From contig NZ_JMCB01000003.1 of NCBI RefSeq assembly GCF_000737315.1, forward strand, positions 217,394 through 281,393: DNA of 64,000 nt, written 5' to 3'. A program made the translations under genes and the position numbers. Below, piece after piece: positions 15,001-27,000 of this stretch. The stretch comes from Hyalangium minutum. GTDB taxonomy: Bacteria > Myxococcota > Myxococcia > Myxococcales > Myxococcaceae. Positions within the stretch are counted from its first letter, which is position 1, and the number at the start of each line of letters is the position of its first letter. The notes under the pieces were generated by a model. That model ran no database searches. It was not told where the DNA came from and saw nothing but the letters and a program-made list of their open reading frames with translations.

Positions 15001-18000
15001 GGAGGGCGCGGTGCGAGGCCTGGACGCGCGAGGAGCGCTGGCCCTGCTGGCCACGGATGCGTTCGGCCTGGTGGCGGTGGATGTGCAGGATACCGCCCGG
15101 CCCTTCACCGTCGGCCGGGGCGCCACTGCGGGGCTCGCCACGGGGATCCGGCTGGAGGGCAACGTGGCCCACGTCTCGGTGACCCAGATGGATGGGGGCG
15201 CCGGGTATGTGCAGACGTTCGATGTCTCGCAGCCCTCGCTGCCGCTGCTGAGCACCACTCCGCTCACGGAAGATGCGCTGGCGCTGGATCACGCTCCGGG
15301 GCGCTTCTACGCGCTGACCTCCAATGTGCGCACCGGGCAGCCGGATGGGCTGCGCCTCACGGTCTACACCCGCCAGGGCCAGCGCCTGGGCGGCGTGGTG
15401 GTGGATGCCACGCCGCGCTCCTACGCGGAGCTGGTGCGCAGCCGGCTCACTGTGCGCGGAGGCCGGGCCTACGTCACCCTGGGCTCTCGGCTTTACGTCT
15501 TCGACATGAGCGACGAGACCGCGCCGCAGGTGCTCCAGTCCACGGAACTGGGCGCTCCGGCGCGCGGGCTCACCTGGGCGGGCGGCTCGCTGCTGGTCTC
15601 CACCACGGGGAGCTCCACGCTGGTGACGGTGCCACCGACGGATCTGCTGGTCGTGGGCACCTCGCCCGTGAATGGCGCGCTGGCTTCTCCGCTCACCTCC
15701 ATCCGCGTGGACATGAGCCTGCCCGTGCGCGAGGACACGGTGACGGCGGGGACCTTCGAGGTGGTGCAGGTGGGCTCGGCAGGCCCCGTGCCCGTGCCCG
15801 GCCATCGGGAAGTGGTGTTCGCCACGCGGGGCTCCTCGCTCGTCTTCACGCCGGAGGACCCGCTCGAGCCCGGCGCTCAGATTGAGGTGAAGGTGGAGGG
15901 GGTGCTGGGCTTTGACACCCGGCCGCTGGCGCACCCTGCGTCCTTCGCTTTCACGGTGGCGGGGGAAGATGCGCTGCAGCCCTGGGTGGAGCGGCTCGAA
16001 CCCGCCTCGGGGCTCTTCACGGACTTCACCGCCACCACGGTGCGGGGCGCGGGCTTCCGCCAGGGCGTCACCGTGCGGATCGCCGGGCAGAACGCCACGG
16101 TGGTCTCCGTGCAGGAGGATCAGCTGGGGATCGTCGTCCCGCCGTCGCTCACGTCGGCAGGGCCGGCCTCGGTGGAGGTCATCGATCCGAGCGGCCTGTC
16201 CGCGGTGCGCCTGGGCGGCTTCCTCTACCGCGAGCCGCTGCGGCTGGCGCTGCTCTCGCCGGATCGCGCGCCGCAGCAGGGCGGAGTGGCCGTGGAGCTG
16301 CGAGGCACGGGCTTCATGCCCGGCCTGGTGGTGCGCTTTGGTGGCACCGGCTCCTTCCAGGTGGACGTGCCGTCCATGGAGCGGGCGGTGGCCGTGGCGC
16401 CTCCGCACGCGCAGGGGTTGGTGGATGTGGAGGCGGTGCTGGGCAGCCAGAGCGCCGTCAAGGCGCGCTCCTTTCTCTATGGCACGGGCGCGGTGTCTCG
16501 CCTGCCCACGCCCCCGGTGCGGGACGTGCGGGTGGAGGGCACGGTGGCCTATGTGGCGCTGGGCGGCGAGACGGAGATCGTCGGGCTCGACGCCGAGGGC
16601 CACCTCATCACCCTCGAGCAGCGGCGGAAGACGGACTCCGGTGGGCTCATGGTGGCCGATCTCAGCGAGCCCACGGTGGCGCGCGAGATCCGGCGAGTGA
16701 ACGTGTCCGCGCAGGGGGGCGTGCGCCGCATGGCCAGGGCGGGCAACACCCTGTACCTGGCGGCGGGCTCCGCGGGGGTGGTGGCCGTGGACGTGAGCCA
16801 GCCCGCCAACGCGTCGGAGACCCTGAGGCTGTCCGTCCAGGGCGAGGCCGTGGACGTGGTGACGGCCGGCAGCCTGATCTTCGTGGCGGATGGGAGCGGC
16901 GTGCGGGTGTTCCGCACGGGTGAGACGGAGCAGCCCATGCTGGTGGCCCAGCGAGCGCTGCCGGGGGGCGCGAGCGCGCTGGCGTTGTATGGCGGGCTGT
17001 TGCTGGTCTCGAACGCGAGCGCAACGGACGCACGGCTCTATGTGCTGGACGCGCGGCGCGGGGATCTGGCTCCGCTGGCCCAGGAGGCGCATCTGCCGCT
17101 GTCGGCTCCGGCGCGGCACATCGCGGTCGAGGGCACGCGGGCCTTTGTCTCGCTGGGGCGCGCGGGGCAGGTGGCCATCGTCGAGCTGGCCGATCCCACG
17201 GCGCCCGCTCCCGCGGGCACGCTGGTGCTGAAGGACGAGCTGCACCAGGGGTGGACCTCCGCCGAGCAGACGCTGGTGGCCGGAGACGTGGTCTGGGTGG
17301 CGGGCGGAGGCGGCAAGGTGCAGCGCTTCGCGGCGCTGGTGGGGCAGCAGCCCCAGTGGCTGGAGACGGCTTCCGTGCTCGGAGACGCGAAGGCGCTGGC
17401 GCGCTCGGGCCGCTACCTCATGGCGGGCACGCTGCTGCTGGACGTGAACGGACGCCCGGTGGAGATGCCGCTGGCGGACACCCGGGATGCGGCGGGGACC
17501 CTGACGGGCGGGCTCGTCTCTGTGGCGCTGGATCACCTGGAGCTGAGGGGGACGGTGCCGGTGGCGGGCGCGGTGGTGCAGGTGGGCGTGGTGCCCGAGG
17601 TTCTGCTCTCCGCGCTGCCGGACATGGCCACGGCGGGGGCAGTGCGGCTGGAGGGCACGGATGGCGTCGAGGTGCGCGTGGCGCGCCAGGGCCGGGCGGA
17701 CACGGAGGGAGGGCGGCTCGCGCTGATCCCGCAGTCGCCGCTGGCGGTGGGGACGGACTACGTGCTGCGCGTGGGCGGCACACTGGCGGATCTCGCGGGC
17801 CGGCCGCTCGGAACGGACGTGGGCGTGCGCTTCCGCACCGGCCCGATCGCATCTCCCGAGCAGCCGGTGATCACGGCGATGTCGCCTGTCACGGGCCTGG
17901 AGGCGGGCGGGGACACGGCCGTCCTCACGGGAGAGGGCTTCATGCCCGGCTGCCAGGTGTGGGTGGGGGACACGCTGGCCTCGGGGGTGACGGTGTCCTC

Positions 18001-21000
18001 GGATGGGGGCCGGATCACGCTCATCGTCCCGCCGGGGCCTGCGGGCGCGGCGGCGGTGCGGGTGCGCAACCCCAATGGACTCGAGGCGCTGCAGCTGGGG
18101 CTGTACCGCTACCTCGTGGCCCCCGAGCTGACGCAGGTGTCGCCGGCCCAGGCGCCCTTCAACAGCCGGCAGCGGGTGGTGCTGACGGGCAAGGGCTTCG
18201 CGGCGACCACGCAGGTGACGTTCGGCGGCAGGCCAGCGCTGCACCCGGTGATGGACTCGCAGGGCCGGATCTCGGTGGAGGTGCCGGACGATGTGACGGG
18301 CGTGGTGGAGGTGGCGGTGGCCACGCCGATGCCGGGAGGGGCGCTGGTCGCCCGGAGGCCGGACGGCTTCACCTATACGCTCAAGCCGCTGGGGGGCGTG
18401 GGCGGCAACACGGAGGCCCTGGCGGTGGCGGGGCGGGTGCTGCTGGCCGCGCGGGCGGGACGGCTCGTGGCGTTCGATCTCACGCGCCCCGGCGATCTGC
18501 CGGAGGTAGCCAATGTCCCCGGTGTGACGAGTGCGGGGGGCCTGGTGGTCTCGGGTGACGAAGCTTGGCTCGCGGGCCAGGGCGAGGTCGTGCGGTATGC
18601 CCTGGAGGGCTGCGGCGCGGGCCTCCCGGTGAGCTGCCCGCTCCAGGTGGTGGAGCGCATTCCGCTGGTGGCCTCGGGCGTGGCCAGCGTGGCGGCGGGG
18701 CAGGGGAGTGCATACGTGACGGTGGCGGGCGGCAGCGACGTGGTGCTGCTGGGCCGGGTGGACGGGGCCACGCGCGTGGTGGCCCAGGTGAACGTGGGGC
18801 CGGGCGTGGTGCGAGGCGTGGCCATGGCAGGCCCGGTGCTCGCGGTGCTGGTGCAGGGCTCGCAGTCGAGCCGGCTGGAGCTGCGCGACGTGGCGGATGG
18901 GTCGCTCACGCTGGTGGGTGAGGTGCCCGGGTTGTACTGGACCGTGAACCGGCTGGCCGCGGAGGGCACGCGCGTGGCGGTGGCCTCTGGAGCGGGCGTG
19001 CGCCTCTATGAGACGGCCGAGCCGGCCGTGCCCGTCGAGCTGGGCCGGTTTGAAGGCCAGGGCAGCGCGTACACCGTGGCGCTGTCGGGCCCGTGGGCGC
19101 TGGCCTCGGGAGACTTCGGGCTGGCGTGGCTGGACACGACGCAGGGGCTGAAGCGGCGCACCTCGGGCTCGACATATGGGTGGGCCGGGAACGTGGCCGT
19201 GGGGGCAGGGGTGGCGGTGGCGGCCTCGGCCTATGAGCTGAGAGCCTTCGAGCTGCCGTACCCCACGGTCACCGGCCAGGAGCCTTCGCCGGGAGGCGCA
19301 CTGCCCAGGGAAGCGGCCGTGTCGGTGACGCTGGCGGATCGTCTGCCGCCCTCGGTGGTGCAGGGCACTGCGATGGAGCTGGTGGGCCCCGCGGGAGCCA
19401 TCTCCGGCACGCGCACGGTGCAGGGCTCGGCGGTGCTGTTCCGGCCCTCGGCGGTGCTCACTCCCGGGGAGCGGGTGCAGGCGCGCGTCACGCTGGGCGC
19501 CACGCCCTATGTGGGCGGCACGGTCCTCGGGCCGTGGACGTGGTCCATCCTCCCGAGCGCGGAGGCTCCCTCCCTTCGAGTGGATGCGCTGGTGCCGGAC
19601 CATGGAGACGTGTCGGGTGGCTACCCGGTGGTGCTGGCGGGCGCGGGCTTCGACGCGCAGACGCAGGTGTGGTTCGGCACGCGTGCGGCCACGGTGGTGC
19701 CGCCGGTGTCCACGGACGCGATCCATGTGCTGGCGCCGGCCTCTCCGGTGCCGGGCCCGGTCCGCGTCCGCGTGAGCCCGGGGGTGGCGGGGACGCCGGT
19801 GGATGTGCCCGGAGGCTTCGTCTACCTGGCGCCGCTGGCGATCTCGCGGGTGACACCTCCCCGGGTGGACCTGGGCGGAGGCGCGGTGACAGTGGAGGGC
19901 ACGGGCTTCAACCGGAGCCTCACCGCGCGGCTGGGCGGGCTCGTGGCGCCGGTGAGTGACTTCACGCCCACGAGCTTCAAGCTGAGCGTTCCGGCCGGTC
20001 CTTCCGGGTGGCTCGCGCTCGAGGTGGCGCAGGCGGGCACGCCTCCGGTGACGCTGGCTCAGGCCGTGCTGCGCGCCGACGGCGTCGCGCCCACCGTCAC
20101 CGCGTGGGAGCCGCTGGACACGGTGGGCACTGGGCAGGTGCCGCTCAACTCCATCTTCACGGTGCGCTTCAACGAGCCCATTGATCCCGCCACAGCCACC
20201 CACGTGCGGCTCGTGCGCCAGGGCGGCACGGTGCCAGAGTCCGGGACCCACACCGTCGCGCCGGATGGGCTGAGCGTTACGTTCACACCGGCGGCGGCGC
20301 TGCCCTCCACCACGGCGTTCACGCTCTCGGCGGCGGGGGTGGCGGATCTGTTCGGCAACGCGATCGCGAACACTGCCGCGGCCCGGAAGGACTTCCGCTC
20401 TCGCGACGTGGTTCCGCCCAACGTATACGTGCGGTTGGAGAGCAGCACCGAGCCCCTCGCGCCAGGGACTCTGCTCGCGGCGGAGGTGTCCTGGAGCTTC
20501 CGGGTGGTGGCCTCGGATGACAGCGGCCAGGTGAGCCTCCGCCAGCTCTGGGTGGACGGAGCGGCCGTGAGCGTGGATTGGGACGGGAAGGCCACCTACC
20601 GCTGGCCCGCGATCATGAGCTCGAGGCCCTCGACGCTGAAGGTGCGCGCCGAGGACAGCGCGGGAAACGGTACCGAGTCCGAGGTGACGGTGCAGGTGGT
20701 GGAGGACATGCCGCCCACGGTGGCGATCACCCAGCCCTCCACGCCAGTGGTGCAGGTGGAGCAGGGCGTGTCGCTCACCGTGGCGCTGGCCGCGAGCGAC
20801 AACCATGGTGTCTCGGCGGTGGAGCTGCGGCTGGACGGGGTGCCGATCAAGCGCGCGAGCAGCCTGACGGGCACGAACGCCACGCTCTCCCATGTGCTGT
20901 ACCTGCCCACGCAGGGCACCTACCAGCTCACGGCGCTCGCGATGGATGATCGGGGCCAGCTCACCAGCTCCGAGAGCGTGAGCGTGCAGGTGCTCCCGGA

Positions 21001-24000
21001 CACGACGCCGCCGCAGTTGGCGTGGGTGTTGCCCATGGCAGGGACCAAGCTCATCGGCGGCGGGCGCTACCCGTTGCAGGTGTCCGCCACGGACCTGAAC
21101 GGAGTGGCCGAGGTGTCGTTCCGCATCGATGGCCAGCTCGTGGCGACGCGGACGGCCCCGCCCTGGTCGATGGACTGGGACGCGCCAGCGGTGACGTCCG
21201 CGGGGACCCGCCTGCTCGAGGCTCGCGCGCGAGATGCGCAGGGCAACGAGGCCGGAGCCAGCCAGACGGTGACGGTGGCGCCGCCCTCGACTTCACGGCC
21301 CACGATCGTGCTCGATGGGTTTTCTACTTCTTACGGCTACCCCGAAGGGACGGCGGTCACGGTCCGAGCGCGTGTGACGTCGGAGATCCCGCTCCAGAGC
21401 GTGCGCCTGTCGCTGGGAGCGGAGACGGTGACGCTCACCCAACCGCCCTGGCAGCTCACGTTCGTGGCACCGCGAGTTCCGCCGCCCTCGCAACTGGTGA
21501 GGCTCCGCGGCACCGCGGTGGATCTCCTGGGGCGCGAGAGCTTCCCTGTGGAGTACGACGTCACCGTCCAGGACGACGGGCGGCAGCCCGTGCTCGCGCT
21601 GGACATGAACCCGCAGGGCCCTTCGCTGCTGGGCGGTTCCACGCTCCAGGTGGGGGGCCTGGATGGCGGCGTCCTGACAGGCACGGTGGTCCGCGTGAGC
21701 GAGGTGCTCCAGCCCGCCGAGACGGACGGGGGCTACACCCTGCCCTTCGAGCCAGAGGCGGCGCCTGTGCGCGTGTCCGCGCGAATGGATGCGTGGGACG
21801 GCGGCATGGTGACGCTGGAGCGGCAGGGCACGCTGACGGCCTTTGCCAACGGTGCCACGGTCTCGGTCGCGGCCGCGGACGAGCCCGTGCTGGATCTGGC
21901 CACCTCCGGGCCATGGGAGTGGGTGGCCCGCGATCAGAGCGGTGGGCACACGCGCCTCGAGCTCCGGGATGCGGCCACTCAGGCCCTCACGGCCGAGCGC
22001 TCGCTGGACGGGACCGCGGTGGCCGTGGCCTTTGAGCGGGGCCGGGCCGTGGTGGCGCTGCGCACCGGAGGGCGCGGCCGGGTCGACATGATGTCCGTGC
22101 CTGCCCTGGAGACGGTCGGCTCGTTCTCCGTGCGCAGAATCCCCCGCGCACTGGAGACCACTTCCTTCGGTCTGGCGATCGGGACGGACGAGGGCCTCGA
22201 GCTGTGGAGCAGCGGGGGCATGCTCGCCTCGCGACTGCCCCTCGGGGACGTGCTCGGGGTGTCCGCCGAGGGTGATCGCCTCGCGGTGCTGACGAACAGC
22301 ACCTTGTATGAAGTGGATGCGAGCGTGCCGCATGCTCCGGCGCTCGTGGCCTCCGTGCCTGTGGCAGGAGCCACAGGGGTGGTGGCGCTCGCGGATGCCC
22401 GCAGGTGCGTGGTGGGAGCCACGGCGCGGTGCTTCCGCGTGGAGGGAACCGCCTTGACGCTCCAGGGTGAAGCGCGGCTGCCGGACACGGCGATCGCCGC
22501 CGACGGTCCGGGGCCGTGGCTCCTGGCGGGCACGGCCAGCGGTCTGTCCGTGGTGGATGCGCGGGGAGCTCCCTCGATGGCGGGGTACTACCCGGCACTG
22601 GCGGGGCGGGTGGCTGCAGGGGACGGCCGCATCGTCGCGGCGGCGCCGGGCCGCAGCTCCCTCCTGAAGCTGCGGCGGAGCGTGGGAGCGCCCACGGTTC
22701 ACCTGGAGCTTCCTCCCTCGGCGGCTCCTGGCGCGCGGGTGCCCGTGGTGGCCAGCGTGGAGGGGCTCTCGGACCCTCGGGATGGCTACACGGCGGAGCT
22801 GCGTGTGCGCGGCACGGCTGTCCAGGTGCTCAAGGGGCGGCTGCCGCAGTCCGTGGATCTGCCGCGTGACGGCACGGCGGCGCAGGTGGCCCTGCGGGTG
22901 GTGGATCTCGCGGGCCATGAGGCGCTCGCGCAAGGAACCGTGGCGCTCGTGGATGATGGGGCGGGCCCGGCGCTGGCGGCGCTGCAGGCGCGGGCGGAGG
23001 TGCCCTCGGGCGCCTTCTTCTCGCTGGCGGCGGTCCCGGCGGATCCCGCGCGGGTGGCCTCTGTCGAGTACTCCGTGGACAGCACGGTGCTGGGACGCGC
23101 GGATGCTCCGGCGCTGGCTTGGCGGCTGCGGGCTCCCACGGTGTCCACGGACACGGCCTTCACGGTGAGCGCGGTGGCATTGGACGCGCAGGGCCGCCGG
23201 GGCGCGCCGGTGCAGGCCTCGGTCTGGGTGCGGGCAGGAACGGGGGCGGCACTGCCCACGGTGTCCCTGGCGCGCGTGGGCACCGGGTCGATCCAGGAAG
23301 GCACGGAGGTGAGGGTCCGGGCCACGCTCACGCCGTCGGTCCCCGTGGCCGAGGTGCGCTTCAAGATGGACGGAGAGGAGCAGCAACGCCTGATGCTTCC
23401 CCCGTATGAGGCGGTGCTGCGGATGCCGGTGGGAACGGGCTCGCGCGGCGTCACAGTGGAGGCGGTGGCGGTGGATGACCAGGGCCGCGAGTCGGCCGCC
23501 GCGCTCCTACCGCTCACGGTGGTGGATGACCTGACGCCTCCGGTGGTGGCCCTCGAGGTGGATCCCTCGGGAGAGGTGCTGACAGCTGGGAGCCGTGTGC
23601 GAGCCACCGCGATCGCGTCCGATGGAGGAGCGCTCGAGTCCTGGTCCGTCCGGGCGCTGTTGGCGAACGTGGAACTGGCCAGCGGAGGTGGCCGGCTGGA
23701 CTTCACCGTGCCCGCGAGCACTCCGGCCGGGACCTTGGTGGAGATCGTCGCCACGGCGCGGGATGTGGCGGGCAACGTGGCGACGAGCCGGGTGACGAAG
23801 ACGGTGCTGGCCCCCGTCCTGCCCGACGGCGGCGTCGTGGTTGCCGGGGACTTCGTGGGAGCGGACCGCCTGACCCTGCGCGGGGACTTCGTCTATGCGA
23901 CGACCCCGAGAGGACTGGCCGTGGGGCGGGTGCGGTGGGGAGAGACGCCCACGATCGAGCCGGTGAGCTTCCTCGCCACGGACGTCGCGCCTTCCTCGTT

Positions 24001-27000
24001 GGCGGTCCAGGGCCCGTGGGCGGTGCTGGTGCTGCCAGGGAGAGGGCTGTCGATCGTCAACATCGCGGATCCGGCGCAGCCCCGGGTGCGCGGCACGCTC
24101 GCGGGCACCTTCACCAAGGCCCTGGCAGGGGATGGGCTCTATGTGCAGGGGAACTCCCTTTTCGAACTCGATCTGGAGGTGCCCTCCACTCCCGTGCTGA
24201 GGAACATGGCGGTATCGGCAACGGCGGTGGACGGCACGGCCGACGGGGTCGTCTTCAACTCCTACTCCTACCTCATGGTCCGCGCGCGGCTGACCAGCGG
24301 CCTCAGTGGCTACCTGTCGCTCCTGTGGCCCGTGGGAGTGCCTCAGACGGCTCGCTGGAACGATGGGAAGCTGCTGGTCGGGACGGATCGCTCTCTCGCC
24401 GTGCTCGTCCGCAGTGGGGACAGCCTCGGCGTGGCCCAGGAGGTACCGCTGCCCGCGGGGGTTCGCGCCATGGCCGTGGCGGATGGCCGGGTCTGGCTCG
24501 CCTGCACGGACGGCAAGCTGAGATGGGTGGACGTCCGCAACCCCACGGCTGCCCAGGTCATCGCCCAGGAGGCGCTCCCGGCCCGTGCGCTCGAGGTCTC
24601 CGGAGGGTTGATGCTCGCCACGACGGCGCAGGGGATCTTCGTGCGCCGGCTTCCGAACCTGGGCGCGGCGGGCAGTGCTCTGAGTACCCCGGTGGGAGGT
24701 CTGACCCTGGATGACGCGCCTCGGGCGGTGACGTCGTTCCGGCGGGGCGTATTGGTGGCGGCAGGGCTCGCCGGCGTGCAGCGGATCGTCCTGGACGATC
24801 CTTCCCACCCCAGCCGCGTCTCCCAGTCCGTGGCGGGGTTGGCCCTGAAGCAAGTCGAGCGCACGGGCGAGCAGGTCTTCACCCTGAATGGCACGACGCT
24901 CTCGATCCACGTGGAGCAGTGGGATGGAAGCCTGGTGAGGGATGGCGGTGCCTCGGATCGGCTGGCGGCGCTCGGCAGCGTGGAGCGCTTCGCCGTCTCG
25001 CCGAGGAGGCTGTGGGCGGTGTCGGGAGGCACGGTGTCCTCGATGGGGCTGCCCTCGGTGGATCAGAAGGTGTCCCTGCTGCTGGGCTCCGCCACGCTGG
25101 ACGTGGCGGGAGACGAGACGCGTGCCGTGGTGGCCCTGGGCCGCGCGGGCGCGGCGGTGGTGCTGGTAGATGGCGCGGGGACGCTGAGGCTGGGCGCGAT
25201 GATTCCGGAGGTCCACACGGACGCGGTGGCGGTGGACGGCGACCTCGCGCTGCTGGGAGGCCCCTCGGGCTTGGCGGTGGTGGATCTCAGCGCTGCGAGC
25301 GGGCCCGTGCGCCGGGCCTCGCTGCCCACGGCGGGAGCGGTGCGCCGTGTGAGGCTGGAGGGGCGGCTGGCCCTGGTGAGCGAGGGCTCGGCGGGAGTCG
25401 AGCTGTGGAATGTCTCCCAGCCCGCCGCGCCGGTGCTCCTGGGCAAGCTGTCCACGCCGCGCGCCGAGGACGCGGTGGTGGCCGCGGGGCACATCGTCGT
25501 CGCGGACAGTGTGGCGGGCGTAAAGGTCTTCTCCCTCCCCGCGGCTGGGGTGAACCCGGTGGTTCGGGTGGTGCCGGACGCGTCCAGCGTGGAGGCGGGG
25601 TCCTGGCTGGAGGTCTCGGCGCGGGTGTCGGGCGTGCAGGTGGATACGGCCGAGCTGCTCGTGGAGGGGCAGGTGCTCAGCCGGATGGACGAGCGGGCGG
25701 CGGTGGGCCGCTACCTCGTGCCAAAGCAAGCGGTGGTCGGCCGAGAGCTGGCGGTGCAGGTCCGGGCGCGCACCGCCTCCGGAGCCGAGACACTGTCGGC
25801 TCCGGTCTTCGTGAGGGTGTCAGCGCCCACGAACCTGCCGGAGATCGTCCTCTACCCGAACTCGCCCAACTCCGGCTGGTCGTACTACTCCGCGAGCAGC
25901 ATCTCCGTGTCCGCGGTCTACGGGGGGGCCCTGGCCCCCGTCTCGGCGCGGGTCCGCTGGGCGGGACAGGACCTGGGAGCGCTGACGGTCATGGACACCT
26001 CCATCCATGGGGAGCTGCGCATGCCGGTGGTGGGAGCGGACACGACGGGGACGCTGGAGTTCGTGCTCGTCGATGCGGCGGGGCGGATCAAGACGGCCTC
26101 CGTCCCGTCCATCAGGGTGCTGGCTCCCCAGGATCCGCTCCCCCAATCCGTCTACGGGCTGCCCTCCCGCCTGTACTCGGCGCCCTATGACAACGCCTTC
26201 ACGGCTCAGGCCTACTGCTACACTTGGTGCAACGTGCGCGTGGAGCGCAATGGCGTCACCATCGCGAGCACCCTGAGTACCTCCCCGTACACCGGGTGGC
26301 GAAGCCTGCCAGTCTCGCTGGTGCTTCCGGGAGAGACCACTGGAACGCAGCAGACGCTGACGATCGTGGCCGAGGACTCGGCAGGCCGTCAGGTCCGGCA
26401 GGAGCAGCGCTACACCGTGCTCCGGGATGATCTGGTCCCGTCGGTGTCCCTCTACGCGCCGTACTCCGCTTCCGAGGGCGCGACTGTCTCCGTCTCCGCC
26501 TACGCCTCGTTCCCACCGGGGCATCAGATCCGGTCGCTGCGGTTGTTGGCCAATGGGGTCGAGATCGCCTCCGTGGTGGGCCCCACGCTATCGGGCGTGC
26601 CCTATACGTTCCCCAGTGTCAGCGTCACCTCGACCGTCCGCTTCGAGGCGATTGCCACCGATCACCTGGGGCGCGAGGGACGCGCGGAGCAACTCGCCCA
26701 GGTTCTTCCAGACGCGCCGCCCAGCGCATCTATGTATGCGTCCCCAACGCCTGTGCAGGGCTACCCGATCTACGCGTGCATCAATGCCGCGGATGACGTG
26801 AGGCTCACGGCCGTGACCTTCAAGGCGGGAGAGGAGACGTTGTGGAGCTGCACGAGCGGCTGCTCGGCCTACTTCTCCACGTCCTTCTCCAAGTGCGTCC
26901 AGAGCGCGTCTCGCTACACAGGGAGCGAGATCGTCCTGAGCGCGGAGCTCACCGACAGCGTCGGCCATACTGTCACGGAGACGCGGCCCTACGCGGTGGC

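Noticed and set aside
11909-20893. A 2,994-aa minus-strand ORF. Similar long minus-strand ORFs lie at 4982-9667, 21293-23386, 23507-25729, 32229-37700, 40497-41909, 60917-64000 and 57778-58968.
   Set aside because: All lie antisense to genes with strong domain evidence. Their translations are low-complexity and rich in R/G/H/P/A (for example RRRGHR... and HRHRG...), typical of the open antisense frames produced by GC3-rich codon usage. None has start or RBS context or any motif.
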